From NCBI GenBank assembly GCA_030265395.1, contig JARFYF010000012.1, positions 37,383,005 through 37,447,004 of the forward strand: DNA of 64,000 bases, written 5' to 3'. Both the position numbers and the translations under genes were made by a program. Positions 23,870 through 37,900 of the stretch are shown one piece after another. The notes beneath the pieces are model-generated. The model was not told the DNA's origin, ran no database searches, and saw only the letters and a program-made list of their open reading frames with translations. Each line of letters begins with the position of its first letter. The first letter of the stretch is position 1. The DNA comes from Rhina ancylostomus (lineage: Eukaryota).

Positions 23870-24800
23870 CACTGTACCCTCTGAGATATCTGGGAACCTC
23901 TCCAAAGCAGAGTCAGAGCTAGCACAAAGGAATACTTTGTGGTTGTTGGGTCATTCAGCTCAGTCCCAGGGCTCACTGCAGAAGCTCATTAAGGCAGTGA
24001 AGTCAGACAAACGTCTCGGTGAGCTATTCTCCAACATGCCAAAAGAGGGGATGTTTACACAATGTTCATAATTCAACTCCTCAGATAACAAACCAGTCTG
24101 TACCTATATGCAAGAAGACCTAAATAAACTGTAAATTACATTTACACCACACAAATCCCAGGTAATGGCCATCCCTAAGTCTCCTGTGTAATCACCTAAC
24201 TGTGACATTCAAAAGCATTACCACTGCCATGACTCCATGCTTCTCTCTATCAACAACATCCTGGGTTTGGGTCACCATTGACCAGAAATTTAACAGAACT
24301 AATCACAATGTTAAATCTTAAGTATTCTGAGGTAAGTGACTTAGCTAATGTTCATCTAAGTCTTTCTACTAGCTACAGAACATAAGCTAGGAGTGCAATG
24401 GATTACTTTACACTTGCAAGGATAAGTACAGCTCAATAATATCCAGAATAAAACCATCCTCATTACTAGCACTCCATCCTATTACCTTAAAAATATTCAC
24501 ACTCTCCATCACTGGTGGACTGCAGCTTTAGTGTATGTCATTTAGAAGATTCACTGAAACAACTCACCAAGGCTCATGATCTCTACCATCTAGACAGAAA
24601 AGGGAAGCAGCAACATGGGGCCATCTGCATTCAGATGTCCTTTTCAAAGGATACATGACATAAAATGTATTGCCATTCCTTAAATGTTGCTGGGTCAAAC
24701 TGCTGGAATTCTGTGCAGAAGGTGACCTTCAGAGCACGTTCATCACATGGACTGTGGTGGCCTCCACTGCTATCTCAAGGGCAATTAGGGTTGGGAAAAA
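23870..24800 (+). mobile_element. Degenerate LINE-like 3' fragment (family not assigned)
   Basis: Shares ordered blocks (caactcaccaaggc; ctaccatctaga; gcagca..catgg; ctgggtcaaa..ctggaa) with 58600-59150 and 29820-30190. Confidence 0.45.
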
Positions 24801-26359
24801 AATCCTGGACTATCCACCAATAAATAAAACACCAAGCTATGAACACTATGCTATGAACACTGGGAAACTTCCCCCAAATCCAGACATTTCCTGTTCCTCC
24901 TTTCACTTCTAACATACTGAAATCCAACAAGCCAAAGTTGTATTCAAATATAAGTTTGGCAAACCTTAGCTCTATTTTCTACAGTTCTACCAAAACTTAA
25001 TTTTTACCTTCATTTTGATGTCAAACAGCCAGACGAACCACCTGCACAACAAACCCCAGGACTATCCCAAATTCAGTGCTATCAAATCCTCCCAATACAG
25101 CTAAACACCAAACCTTTTTCCGAATCATGCCACCTACTACCTATTCAGATCCAAACAGTTCTTTTGCCTCCTATCTCTTAAAACCTTCACAGAGTGATGA
25201 CACGCAAACCCCAGTGCGCCAGCAAAAATCTCAGAAAACTAATATAAGAACCCACAAAAATTAAAATTAACATATTTTTTTAAGAAACATGTCAAGTGGT
25301 AGATATCAAAATACACACTGCCTGAAAGGGTGGCAGAAGTACAATCAATGTTAACTTCTCAAAAAAACTAGAAAATACTTAAGGAAAAAATGTAAATGTC
25401 AGATTAATTGGAAGCTCTTTCAAAAAGCCAGGTGGATTGACACAGTGTTGTAACTCATACTGCTATAGAACACTAGCTTCCATTATTTAAAGACTCTGAG
25501 AGGAAGGTGCATATGGGATTTATATAATATACAAAAAATCTAATTAGCTGAAGGTATAACTGTGATAAGATTACATAGACTGTCTGCATTACAAATGTGC
25601 ACATAGGTCCTGTGTATAAGACCTATGGGGCAGAATATGCAATCTGCATTAGCACCTTTTGCAGATTCACTATTGTTAAACTGCTTCTGCAGTACTGGCC
25701 CAATTGTCAGATTGTTGAGACCCTGACCAGCAGCCAAGCCTGGCACAACATAATGCAGTCACATGGAGGTGTTCCAGCTACAAAACAATCTGACAGCTAG
25801 TTAGGCAATATCCCGTCTCAGCCAGTTGCCAAACCTGTCAAAACATGGAATTTTTCTGAATGTTGGATTCAAAAAGATTTTTTAAAATATTAAAAACCAA
25901 TGATCAGTTATCAATATTTTAAAATATTATAAACCAATATTAAAATGTTTAAAAATCTATTAATAGACTGAATTTTAAAAATACTTTTTACAAAGTAAAT
26001 AAACACAATTAATGTTAAAAAACAAGTTGTTAATTACCTAATACTAGGATGCTTACAGTCATTCCTCACCACTGAAACAAATGGACTTGCTGTTCCTGCA
26101 CCAGGTCTAACCTGACACATGCTCAGCAGAGTCCCCAGTGCAAGTACTGGGGATTGCTGCAAGTTTTTGCTCTGCCCACAAACTCCTCAAGTCCAACTTC
26201 AGAGTATAGTTGGGAATTTGCCAATGCAGAATGGCCAACAAGTCTGAGACTTCAGAATTTGCGCAGGAATCCCAAGTGCGTTGATAGTTGTGCAGAGAAA
26301 TGCCAGCACTTTCCAGTAAGTTCCAACCCAAGATGTCATCCCTTATCCTTTTAACTTAC

Positions 26360-26491
26360 TTGTAGCATTTTTTCCGTCACGAACAATCCATTTCTTTAAC
26401 AGTATAAAGCTCTGAGTAGTTAAAGAGTTTGGATTTTCAACCCGAATCTGATTTATATCATCAACAGAAAAGTTCAATTCTCTTGCCAGTT
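26360..26491 (-). CDS. ANK3: ANK3 exon, 132 nt, death domain ([44 protein letters not shown])
   Basis: Acceptor ttccag|AA CTG, donor ACA A|gtaagt. Read by hand; absent from the ORF track. Confidence 0.96.
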
Positions 26492-26904
26492 CTGGAAGAA
26501 AAATGGAATGCAAAACAAAATGTTACTTTCTCATTTCCCTTGTTGCAACACAGCTATTGTCTGCAAGCCAAATGTTGAGTGAGTGCAAGAAAGCAATACA
26601 AGTCCTGTTCTTATAAGATGCAGACACACCAGAAAGAAAAACTCTCATACCCCAAGTTTTAATTCTCTCGCTCTGGTTATCTGATTATGCTGGCCAATCT
26701 GCTCAACCCATTACTTCTCTCCTGTATGAGATACTCCTGCAAAGCCACTCTATCTTGTCTCCTCCCTCCCACACCTTCAAAAGCCTAAGCCACCACATAA
26801 AAAACCCTGACTTGAATTACTTTTTCTCCCCACAACTCTCACCCCATCCCCACAGGAACACATTGGGGCTTTGCAGCTTTTGTTCAGTCAAACTAAACCA
26901 GTTA

Positions 26905-27092
26905 AAAACAAGCTAATGCGGAACTCAGCAGGTCAGGCAGTATCTGTGGAGGGAAATGGACAGCCGACTTTGCACGTTGAAACTATTCANNNNNNNNNNC
27001 CCTCCACAGATGCTGTCTGACCCACTGAGTTCCTCCAGCAGCTCATTTTGTTTGCTCCAGATTCCAGCACCTGCAGTCTCTTGTGTCTCCAC
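26905..27092. repeat. Short palindromic (inverted-arm) dispersed repeat
   Basis: ggaactcagcaggtcaggcagtatctgtggaggg pairs with ccctccacagatgctgtctgacccactgagttcc. Related arms occur at about 36-118, 4020-4110, 30010-30090, 53280-53320 and 63900-63990. Confidence 0.7.
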
Positions 27093-28459
27093 ACTAGGCA
27101 AGTTCCTCAGAACCTGAAACAGACCTGCACTCAGTGCTGTGGATTTGTTAGGTTCCTCAAGACCTGAAAATGAAATACCTGGGGTCCAAAGATTATTGCA
27201 GAGGAAATGGGAAGTGCCTTTGAGTTTTCAGCCAGGAAACAGATNNNNNNNNNNNNNNNNNNNNNNNNNNNNNNNNNNNNNNNNNNNNNNNNNNNNNNNN
27301 NNNNNNNNNNNNNNNNNNNNNNNNNNNNNNNNNNNNNNNNNNNNNNNNNNNNNNNNNNNNNNNNNNNNNNNNNNNNNNNNNNNNNNNNNNNNNNNNNNNN
27401 NNNNNNNNNNNNNNNNNNNNNNNNNNNNNNNNNNNNNNNNNNNNNNNNNNNNNNNNNNNNNNNNNNNNNNNNNNNNNNNNNNNNNNNNNNNNNNNNNNNN
27501 NNNNNNNNNNNNNTTTGGTACTGGTTGATAATTTCACCCCTTAACCATAGTGAACATTTCTAATCATTCAGCATTGAAATGGGATGAAGCCCCCGAAAAA
27601 AATAAACAGGGCATGTTAATGGTAATATTATTGAGAGGCAATATATTGTAAAGGAGCCCTGGGCCGCATTGTGGTAAGAGCTCGAGTGGGAGTGCATGGG
27701 ATTGTGATGGAGAACGCGGTGCAAGACTGTAAAATTCCGACAGTCCTGACCCAGCAGGAATAGGTTTACAATGAGCTTTACTAAAATTGGAAGAGAAAAA
27801 GCAAATTTTCATTCAACACATAAATTAGTAGAACTAATTAAACTTCCCCATAATTTTATATTTTAGCAACAAACACTGCTGGTGCCAGAATCAGGTGTAG
27901 TGCCCAAAAATAATTACAAATAATTCTGAACACACTGCTTTCTTTCCTTGACTGGGCCTTGACTATTGTTAAGACACACTCCCATAACAACAGAACACAA
28001 TCCAATTCCTATTCAAGGGAATGGCACAGCAACTTGGATTCACAAATAAAACTGGAGTGGTTGTTCAGTTGGGGAGTGAATCGACAAAATGGGAAAGTAG
28101 CTTAGAATCACCATTAGTGTATTTACGAAGATAATAAGATGTTATTTCTAATATTTAAACTGCTTCAAGAAGCATGTTCATTGATGAGTCAAAGGATCAT
28201 AGATTCGAGTCTGGGTTTCAGAGACCTGAGCACATGATCTGGACTGCCACTTCATGGACAATTAGAATCTGTTAGTGGGAATAAAGAGAGGGGGAGGGGT
28301 AGGGGGAAGAAAGAGTACATAAAGGGGCAAATCACATCTGAAGAATCTAGCTGAATATTTTGGGAGTAAACCAAAGTGGTACATAAGGGAGTGTCTATGT
28401 ATTTATACAGAAAATCAAAAAATTCCATTTAAGAGGCCTCAATAATTGAAACACTTGTA

Positions 28460-29395
28460 TTTAGAGGCAACCTATTCACTGTTTGACAGGAGATAGTAGA
28501 GTTAAATGGCAGATGGCAGGACATGGCATAGGGCTGGAGCTTTTCACTTCAGTTACGTAGTGAATGTAGGAGAGTGACATATATTCTTAGTTTCAGATGA
28601 CACCAAATTAGGTGACACCGTAAACAGTGCAGATGGCAAGAGAAAGCTGTAAGTATGAATGAATGCCACTCTCACCATATTCAGAGTTCAATATGGTAAA
28701 GTGAGAGATGATCCACATTAAAACTAAGACATTAGAGTTTGTTCTAAATGCAAGAAGCTCAGAGCTGTGGATGATCAAAGAGAATCAGGAGTCCAAATAC
28801 AGCTAAAAACAAACTAGAAATAGAAAGGTGGCTATATCACAAGAGGGTTGAAGTATGCAAAGATGGAAGTTATATTACAATTGCACAGAGCTCTGGTTAC
28901 CCTCATCTGGACAACTGCTTTCCTGCCTTTCAGGAAGAGTGGAGCAGGGGTAGCGGATTGAATAGAACAACATTGGAGCTGTGGGAACTATAAAGTCAGG
29001 CTGCAAAGACTGGGATTACTGCCTTGAGCATAGAAGGTTAAAGGAATGACCTAATGGACAAGGTGATTAAAAGGATTTGACAGACTGGACAGAGAAAACC
29101 ATTTGCTTTGGTGAAGGAACACAGGATCATCAACTCAATTTAGGAAAGGGTATTCAGAGTTGGCAGCANNNNNNNNNNCACAGGAAACCTTGTGGAAATC
29201 TGAAGCTCCCTTCATTCAAGAAAAATGCTGTTGCATCTGGGTTTCATTACAAAATTTCAAAACTGATATAGTTAGATCTTTGTCTGGATATTAAGGGTTA
29301 TTGAAATAAGATGTGGAGGTGTAGTTAAGATACAGACCAGCCATGGTAAAATGGTAGAACAGATTTGAGAATTGATTGATCTGAACCTGTTCCTA
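28460..29395 (+). mobile_element. Degenerate CR1-like LINE RT/3' fragment
   Basis: tttcagatgacaccaaattaggtg (FADD-like RT motif) followed by decayed 3' LINE blocks; no ORF. Confidence 0.55.
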
Positions 29396-29409
29396 CGTTA
29401 AAAATTTTG

Positions 29410-29665
29410 AATTGGCACAGGTGCCTTGTTCTGATGGGTTAAACTAAGTCTGCCTTCAAACTAGCTGTAAAAGATCCCATGATGTCATTTGAAGAGCAGG
29501 AGCATTCTCTCCATGTTCTAGTCAATTTGTATCCCTCAAACAACAACACATAACTGTTTGTGGGAATCTGCTGTGTGTAAATTACAGAACAGTATCCACC
29601 TTAAAAGTACCTCACGGGGTATCTCAAGGTTTATAAAATCACTAATAAGTCCAAGTTCTTTTATT
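29410..29665 (+). mobile_element. Deu-domain SINE-like fragment
   Basis: taaaagatcccatg...tttgaagagcagg...tatccctcaaacaac...ctgtttgtgggaatctgctgtg. Confidence 0.6.
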
Positions 29666-30654
29666 CCCATTGTACAAAAGGGCTCATGATTATCTCTGAT
29701 ATGGACCACATGCAGGCAGATGTGCAGTTTAAATTGGCATCATGGTCAGCATAGACATAATGGGCTGAAGGGTCTGTCTCTGTGTGGTACTATTTTACAT
29801 TCTAAGAGAACGTTGCTTGCCATGTAAGTGTCAGGCAATGGCCATCTCCAACAAGAAAGTCTGTCTATCTTTCATCATTGCCAGATCCCTCACCATGGAC
29901 CAGCGAATAAAATGGTCAGAGGCTGGAAATGTGCAGCAAACCCCACGCTCTGCAAAATTTTCCCACCATCTGCCACCCACAAGTCAGGGTTCTGATCAAA
30001 GATGATCAAACTGAAATGTTAACTCTGTTTCTCACTCCTCAGATTCTGCACGTCTTGCTGAATATTTCCAGCATCTAATGCTTTTATTTCAAGTCAGGAG
30101 TGTGAAGGATCAGCCTCCAATTGCCTGGGTGTGCGCAGCTCAACAATATCCAGGTTAGAACAGTCCATCTGACTTGCTCCCTGCCCACCACTGCACTGAG
30201 TAGTTCACACAGACAGTTATGATTTCCGATTTTCATCATTTGCTTCTCAGGATTATAATACTAGGTTATATCATGGCTCCTGATCTGACCGTCTGAAGTA
30301 GCACTTCAAGACTTGTTTGTAGTGTGCAACCTGTGCATCTTATGTAATCTCATGATCCTGGATGTCTCGATAACACTATGAGCTGTGCTTAAAGAGGAAA
30401 CCACAGGGCACTACTCTTGCAGTTCACCTACTCCTTTCAAAGAAAGTACAAGCACAGATGATTATTTTAAAGTGGTGGCATTATCATTGGTTCCTCTCTG
30501 TGATCTTGTACTACTGAACAATTACTGCAAGTAAATTAATCCACTGCAACTCCAAGTCGTGGGACTGCTGGATCAGTGAGTAATTTGATATGGTCCAATG
30601 AATAAAGCTAAAATAGGGTTATTGCCAAAAGGCAAGCATTTAAAATCGAGAAGG

Positions 30655-30975
30655 GGTGGCACAGTGGCACAGCAGTTAGGGATGCTGCCTCACAGCTCCT
30701 GAACCCCAGTTTGATCCTGACCTTGGTGCACAAGGGTCTTCTTGGAATTTGCATGCTCTTCCAGTGACTGTATGCATTTCTGACTGTGCTCCAGGTTCCT
30801 CCCATGTTCAATGTGCTGGTAGGTTAACTGGCAATTGTAAATTACCCCTTTGTGTAACTAAATGGCAAAAGAATAAAATGAGTGTTGAATAAGGAGAGGG
30901 AATTGGGCTGATGGGATTGCTCTGCTGGGAGCTGGCAGGAACTTGATGGACTACATGCTTTCGTCCAGTGTCAAA
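30655..30975 (+). mobile_element. tRNA-derived HE1/V-SINE-like element
   Basis: Head ggcacagtggcacagcagttagggatgctgcctcacagctcc...gtttgatcctgacc; core gaatttgcatgctcttcc...ggttcctccc...ggttaactggc...taaattacccct. Confidence 0.7.
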
Positions 30976-31489
30976 ACAAGTAAGTAGTCATCACATTTGG
31001 CTGGTTTTTTTTGTGGGGGAGAAGAGACGGGGACATTCAAATGAATAGATTGATACTTCTGTTCACTGTAACTTGACTAATATTGCTTAAATAGGACTGA
31101 ACTATGTTGTTGGCAGTGCCTTCTCTGTGGTATAGATCAGCTTCCAGCAGATGGCATGCATGTCACAGCCTTCCTGGGTGAAGAGGCGCCTGGAGGAGAA
31201 GCCTTCCTTAACAGTTCCCATGGAGTGGTGCAGTTAGAGAACTGCACATTTACAATCAGCCTACTGCCCTGTAGACACACTGGATAAATGCCAATGCTCT
31301 AAAGGCACTTAACGTTTGCCAGCTTTAGAAATATAGCTGCAAAACATCATGAAGCATTTCATACTAATTACATTTGAAATTCAAAAGATAATGCTTTACA
31401 GATAAGCTTCACAACAATTCTCCTCTTATTTCCTTATGTTATGGAAGGAGCACAGATAGAGTAGATAGTCACNNNNNNNNNNNNNNNNT

Positions 31490-31775
31490 AGGGGAGCTTA
31501 AAACTAGAGGGCATAGGTTTAAGGTGAGAGGGCAAAAGTTTAAAGGGGATCTGAGAAGCAAATTTTGTTTAAAACACACAGAGGGTGGTGGGTATATGGA
31601 ATGAGCTGGTAGAGGCAGGTGAAATCACAGTGTTTAAAAAAAAATTTGGACAGGTACATGGATAGAAAAGGAATAGAGGGACATAGGCCAAATGCAGGAA
31701 TATGGGATGAGCATAGATGGGCATCTCTGTCAGCACGACGAGTTAAGGTGAAGGGCCTGTTTCTGTGCTGTAGAA
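31490..31775 (+). mobile_element. CR1-like (HER1-type) LINE 3' end
   Basis: aaactagagggcataggtttaaggtgagagg...ggacaggtacatggatag...gaagggcctgtttctgtgctgta. Confidence 0.78.
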
Positions 31776-31789
31776 CTCTCAGGCCCATG

Positions 31790-32030
31790 CTGGAATGATT
31801 CCATTAATCCTGTTACTCTTAATTTATCACCCAGTAACTTATTCTCACTTAAACCCATCAAGTCCTACCACCTGATTCTCCTATTACCCACCTACACTGG
31901 TGATAATTTACAGTAGCCAATTAACGTATCAACCAGCACATATTTGAGATGTAACAGGAATCTAGAGCACTCAGTAGGAACACACACCGTCACAGGAAGA
32001 ACATGCAAACTCCACTTGCTGCACCACTGT
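31790..32030 (-). mobile_element. HE1/V-SINE-like fragment
   Basis: The plus strand has gaagaacatgcaaactccac and aatttacagtagccaattaac, the reverse complement of the SINE core seen at 30655 and 47822. Confidence 0.6.
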
Positions 32031-32549
32031 GCTGGAATATCTCACAGTGAGATGAATGAACAGCTACTTAGGTGAAGGGAAGTACTAGCCAAGAGACCCA
32101 CAAAATTTCTGTGCTTATTTAAAGATCCCACTGTGGTATTTTAAGACCTGGAAATAATAACTATATTAGATGAACTTGAGGGTATTTTCCACTAACACAC
32201 TTAAAAATCTCAAAGTAGGTCCATTAACACTGGTGTGACTTTCTAGCTCATTGGTGGGAATACTGCCTTTAATATTAAATGTTAACTGATGCTAATGTCG
32301 AGAATCTCAATAAAAACCAGAAGATGTTGTAAATACTCAAAGGACCAGGCAACAACTGAGGAGGGAGAAAGAGCTAGAATTTCAGACTTTCATCAACACA
32401 CGTTTCTCGTGAAACATCGTCAACCTGAAATGCTTCTCTCTCCATTGATGCACATTACAATGNNNNNNNNNNNNNNNNNNNNNNNNNNNNNNNNNNNACT
32501 TACAACAAGCTAAAGAGAGACTTCGCTCTCACTTTTAACTGGTCTTTTG

Positions 32550-33270
32550 TAAAATGCACAGAATACTCAGCAGGTCAGGCAGAATCTATGGAAAGAGCAA
32601 GAGCATTAATATGTCAGGTCAATGGCCCTCCGTCAGAGCTGGAAAAGTGAGAAAACAACTGTGCTTTAAGCAGCAGAGAGTGGGAAGGGTGGAATGAACA
32701 GAGGGAACGTCTGAGGCAGAGTGTGGACCAAGGTTGCTCAAATGATGCAATGCTTTTAGTGCTGTGAATGAGGGCAGTTGCACAGAGAACAAAAACACAA
32801 AAGAAGATGCTGGATCATTGAGATGCTGATCGCAGAGTTGCTGGAAATCTAAAACAATAGATTATGCTGGAAATACACAGCAGATAAGGCAGAGATGACT
32901 TTATACTAAGGCCAACTAATTCTGACACAGATAGGAAAGGCTGGTGATCTAAATTTATTGAACACAGAATCCTGGGGACTGTACCGTGCCTAGATGGAAG
33001 ATGAGGTGCTGTTTCTTAAGCTTATGCTGGGCATTGTTGGAATGGTGTCGGAGGCCAGTTGGAGAGATCAGCGAGGGTAGAATGATAGGTGACTGGAAGC
33101 TCAAGGTCATCCTCGCCAACTAAATGGAGGTGTTCTGCAAAGCTGTGACTAAATCTGCCTTTGGTTTCCCCAGAGTACCAAATGCAGTACAATAGATTGT
33201 AAGAAGTGCAAGCAAACTGCTGTCTCACCTGCAAGGAATATTTGGGTCCCCAGTTGGTGGGAATAGATGA
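32550..33270 (-). mobile_element. Penelope-like retroelement relic
   Basis: ORF 33022..33234 reads CTSYNLLYCI..YSGETKGRF...FAEHL..V....ELPV, followed by terminal-repeat-like actcagcaggtcaggcag. Confidence 0.62.
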
Positions 33271-33699
33271 GATAAAAAAGGTAGTATTTGTGTTTCCTCT
33301 GGTTGCATTTTGTTAAATGCTACCGCTTGGGACATTATGAAGGCCAACATCAATACTAAACATAATCAAAGTTGTCTGTGGACAACTTACCCAACACCAC
33401 ACTGTTTTTTCCCCCTATTTTCTTCATTGAGATTAGAAAAGAGAATCATGAGGTCTTTGTTCTATTATCACACTACCTCTCAAGTGTGTGTAATTAGAAG
33501 TAACACTATAGCTGACTGATAGCCATACTCTCCTCTTTTAGGTGTTTTGACTGCATTAGTTACAAGTGATCACTACAACAAAATCTATAGCAAAGACGAA
33601 GCTCACTTGGCCACTATGCCTGACCCAGTTTTTCAAAATTATCCCCTTAACCCTGCACAATTTCTAATATTCTTTCAAAAAGTTATCAGATCTACTTTG

Positions 33700-34080
33700 G
33701 TTAATACATCCCCAGTTATGACTTGCTACCTGATAACCCTCAGTCTTTTGCCAACTACCTTGATTCTGCATTCTATTATCATCTGCCAAAGGAAACAGTA
33801 TCAAAATACTGAGGTTTTTAAACATCTCGATTGCATCTCCCCCTTAAACTTCTTCCTTTAAAAAGGTCCACAATTCCAGTTTCTTTAATCTCCCATATAA
33901 TCCAATTTGTCATCCCCACTACCATTCCAATGAATCTTCTCTGCATCATCTCCATAGCCTCGACATCCTTCCCAAAGCATGTCACTTAATGCTGGACACT
34001 GTACTATGGACGACATCTAACAAGTACTTGTTTAGCACAACGTCCTTACTTTTTTGCTCTAAGCTTCTGCTATAAAATCC
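33700..34080 (-). mobile_element. Degenerate CR1-like LINE fragment
   Basis: tgaatcttctctgcatcatctcc...acatccttccc...ctggacactgtact, the reverse complement of the blocks at 50120-50170. Confidence 0.5.
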
Positions 34081-34250
34081 AGGCTAGAAAAATGCCTTAT
34101 CAATTTGTCTCAGCACATACAATATTTTCAAATAGCAGCTGGACTTACACAGATCTATCACAATCTTTGCAAACATGTGTCAGGATGTAACAGCTCATTT
34201 GGGGTTTCCTTTGCTCTTGAGCGTGTAAAAAGATAACAAGTGCATCTTAC

Positions 34251-34325
34251 CTGTCCAGCTCAGTCCCAGATGATCTGCTACTATGGCTGTCCTTATATCT
34301 GTCCTTTCACATGGACTCTGAGGGC
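34251..34325 (-). CDS. ANK3: ANK3 exon, 75 nt, death domain start (GPQSPCERTDIRTAIVADHLGLSWT)
   Basis: Acceptor ctgcag|GC CCT, donor ACA G|gtaaga. Confidence 0.96.
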
Positions 34326-34956
34326 CTGCAGTTTTTAAACATAGAATTAGACCGACATTCCAAGTAATACACCTAACATCCAAATTTAGGTAAAAAAATC
34401 TACTCGTGCCCATGTAAATGAAATAAACACACTCTAGTGACCTATACAATTGTAAATCCTATCACCACCAGTAATAAGGTCCAAATTCAACTGAATGTAA
34501 AAAAATTTATGTAATATCACAGTGTAATATCCATAATGAATTTGAACATGCTGAAAACACCCAAGAACTTTTCTAAATGTTGTATAACTGGAGATAATGA
34601 ACAAACTGTATGTGTTTTATAAAAGTTCTTGTAAAGTGTTGCACTTTCTTGTCTGACTTACATAGAATTGCCGGACTGCAGAGAGGATGTGGCCTAATGC
34701 TCTCTGCATTATGTTGGTTGGCATGCTTTACTAAGAGAAAACTACCGGGATTACACTGGAGAAAACGGGGGGGGGGGAATACGAGACAACACAAACAACG
34801 ACAATGACGACATGGTAGCTAAGGATAAATCACGCCACAGGCAATCACAAATAGTCATGCACTAAAGATCAACAAGTCGAAAGTTTTACAAACTAGGCTT
34901 GATCTCCGCGATGCGAGCCACGCGAGGCCCAGAAACCTGACTGCTTTCCTCCCCAC

Positions 34957-37900
34957 CAGTCCTTTTACTGTTCCTTGTCTCACTGTAGACCTTTTCAACC
35001 TTTGATTTTAAAGATGCTGCCTCTGGTCTCATATCTCTAGGAGACCTCGATGTAATGGAAGGTAGGCCGGCTTCCGATAAAGATGCATTTCTCGACGTGC
35101 TGTCTTCATCAGAGATCTCTGACTGCCCTTTTTTCTCTTCATTGGCATGTCGATCCACAAGTTTTATTGCCTCACTGCTAATCCCTTTAAAATATCCAAA
35201 TGAATGTTTACAAACCTCACTTGGTTGACCCTTGCCTGCTCTACTTGATTTAGTCATGGTATTGCTAGATCTTACCTTAACTGGCAGTCTGGAATAAGAT
35301 TGCTTAGACTTTACTTTTGCTACCTGTCCCTGCTCTAAACTGGACTGGGACACTGTCAGTGGAGGAGAATTAGTTTTGTCATTATTTTTAATAGGGATTC
35401 TAGATTTTGTCTCAAAATATTTGGGAGGATCTGTTTTTGCCTTTAACTCATTCTTCCTAGGCTGTTTCATCTTGCATGCAGCCGTTTTCTGCTCTGTATG
35501 AGAAATTGACAATGGGGCCACGTGTGTTTTTACTGGAAGTCTCGATTTGGGCTTTTTTACTGGTCCAGCAACTTGCTTAGCAAGTTTTACTATGTCAGTT
35601 GTTGGGGCTGTCAATGAACCTAGATTTTTCTCTTCTGTTTGGACAGCTGGTTCAACTGTTGGTTTGGCTTCAGACTGACTAATATCCTTAGTGCAGTCAG
35701 TATCTGGGACTGGGGAATCAAACTTGTCTTTATTATAACTTATTGGCAAATCAGATGTGGCATTTTCTATAATACATTCCTGACTCGTAGCTCTAGTCTC
35801 AACTGTAGCTATTTCTAGCACTGTATGTTCTGTAATCTGATAATCTAACAGCACAGTATCAGCTTTAACTTCAACCATCTCAGTTGCACCCGTATCTTTC
35901 TTCATCGTCATTGTAGAAGCAGAAATTCCCATTTTAATTGGCGTGCGTAACTTAGGATCAACTTTTGCAGCCATGGCTGATGAGGATTTGTCCGCTGCGT
36001 TGCCACCGGATACCGATTCCAGGCCATTTCCGCTAGCCTGGACTTTCTCATGCTCAACTTGTAGCGCCTCTATTGATGCCTCAGTTGTGTTTTCCCCTGA
36101 CTGAGGCAATGTTGTGACTACAAGTGTGTTTTTAACCCTTTCCCCCTTGTCCCCTGACTTCCCTTCAGCAGTATGCTCACCAATTTGGAAAAATTGGAGC
36201 CTTTCTTCAACAAAATCCCTCTTGCTCATGTCAATTGCACCACTGCGAGTCATCTCAAACATCTTCCCTTCATGAAATGGGAAGGGATTAGGCTCACTAG
36301 TTGGAGTGCTCTCATCTGTTGGGGTTCTGGCTGGGGTTGTATCTGGTGTTGTTGCTTGGGACCTGTCCTCTACTGCTAAGCCAAAGGCTTTTTGCTCATC
36401 CTCTCTCAACCTAGCTTCAAAGACTTCATCGTCCCCTCGGCCATTAGACCATGGATCAAAGTCAAGGCCTTTGGTAGCAACAGTTTTAAACGGGGTTGCA
36501 AATTCTTCCTCTAGTTTGTAACTAAAATATGTATCATTAAACCCGGTTCTGTCAGGATGCCTGCCTTCCAAAGTGAAGATCTCGGGTCCTGGTTTACCAT
36601 CAGTTTTCCCTTCGCCTTTCTTTTCAGAAGTCTGAGCTTTAGACTGTAAGGGTGTTTCTTCTTCAGCGCCTACCTTTCCTTCTTCCTCAATTACTGCAAG
36701 TTTACCCTGGCTATAGGAACGATCACCCTGCTTCAAAATCCCTTCAGTGACCCAAACATCCATCTTGGTTTCTATTCCCTGATTCAAGGATTTAGAGTCT
36801 GTTTCAGTTAGGCCATCATCTTCGTCCTGCAGATCATATCCATCGAGAGAGTCAACTTCTGTGGCATCGGTGTCGTGGGAGAACTCTGCGGTCGTTGCTA
36901 TGGAGCACTCAGTGACCGACTGATCATTGTTGCCATTCGGGACTGCGTCCACCTCAGAATTAGCATCCAAAGCAAACTTTTCATCGCCATCTTGGGGTTC
37001 GTCGTCATCTATGGCAAGCTGCTCTTTGGCTTTAGATCTTGATGAGCCAGTAGGGGTGTCGTCCTGAAGTTTGAAGGTGTACTTTTTCAAGGGTGCTGGC
37101 TGAAAGATGGACTCGTCGCTGCTTGAATCACTGTCATTGGCCCCGGGAGGGATCGGGGAAGGTGGCTGGACTCTGATGACAGGCTCAGCCATGAAGTGTT
37201 TGTCATGTTCTTCCTGTAAGTTCAGCTCAATCACGTCCAGCTCATCCTCAGTGGTTGCACAGTGTTCTTTTTTCCTGACGCTGGGCATCTCTGCATCCAA
37301 AGTGTTGATAGGAGGGGGCGGAGGGAACTCAATGTAGGCCACACGATTTTCTTTCAGGCGTTTATCGTTTCCGTCTAATTCGCTCGGCTTCAAGGATCTC
37401 GTAAATCCACTCACATCTTTAACGGGGGCCACTCTGGCCACCTCTTCCTCTTCTGATTCTTCAGAAACTTCAGGGATTGGACTAGGTTTTCCGTGAATGG
37501 TTGGCACCTGGGAAGAAAGTTCGTAGCTGACTTCCTCAGAACTGGGTGTTTCAGGTGTAACAGGACTTTTACCAGAACTCTCGATAAGTGATACTTGTTC
37601 CAAGGTGTCATCTTCTGGACTACCCTGAGGAGAGGGGGACGGCTTATGCTGGCGAACTGTATAAAAAGTGCCCCTCGTCTCCTGCACTGTCCTACTCTCC
37701 TGGCTGATGATTCGTTTAAAATTTCCTTGGTGCGGGCCTGCAGTTTCTTTCTCATAGTGTTTCCCCATCTGAACAATACTGACGTACACAGGCAAAGCCT
37801 TTATCTCTTTAAAACCTTCGATGCTCGCCAACGGTGCTGCTTTATCCAAACACTCAATTGGACTCTGATCAAAGAACTCACTCAGCGAAGAATCTTTAAC

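Noticed and set aside
23092-27563. ORFs spanning long N runs (also at 1180, 6253, 47084 and 63266)
   Set aside because: Artefacts of stop-free N gaps.
34937-34937. Alternative giant-exon donor CAG|gtttct
   Set aside because: It is phase 0 and incompatible with the phase-1 acceptor at 34325.
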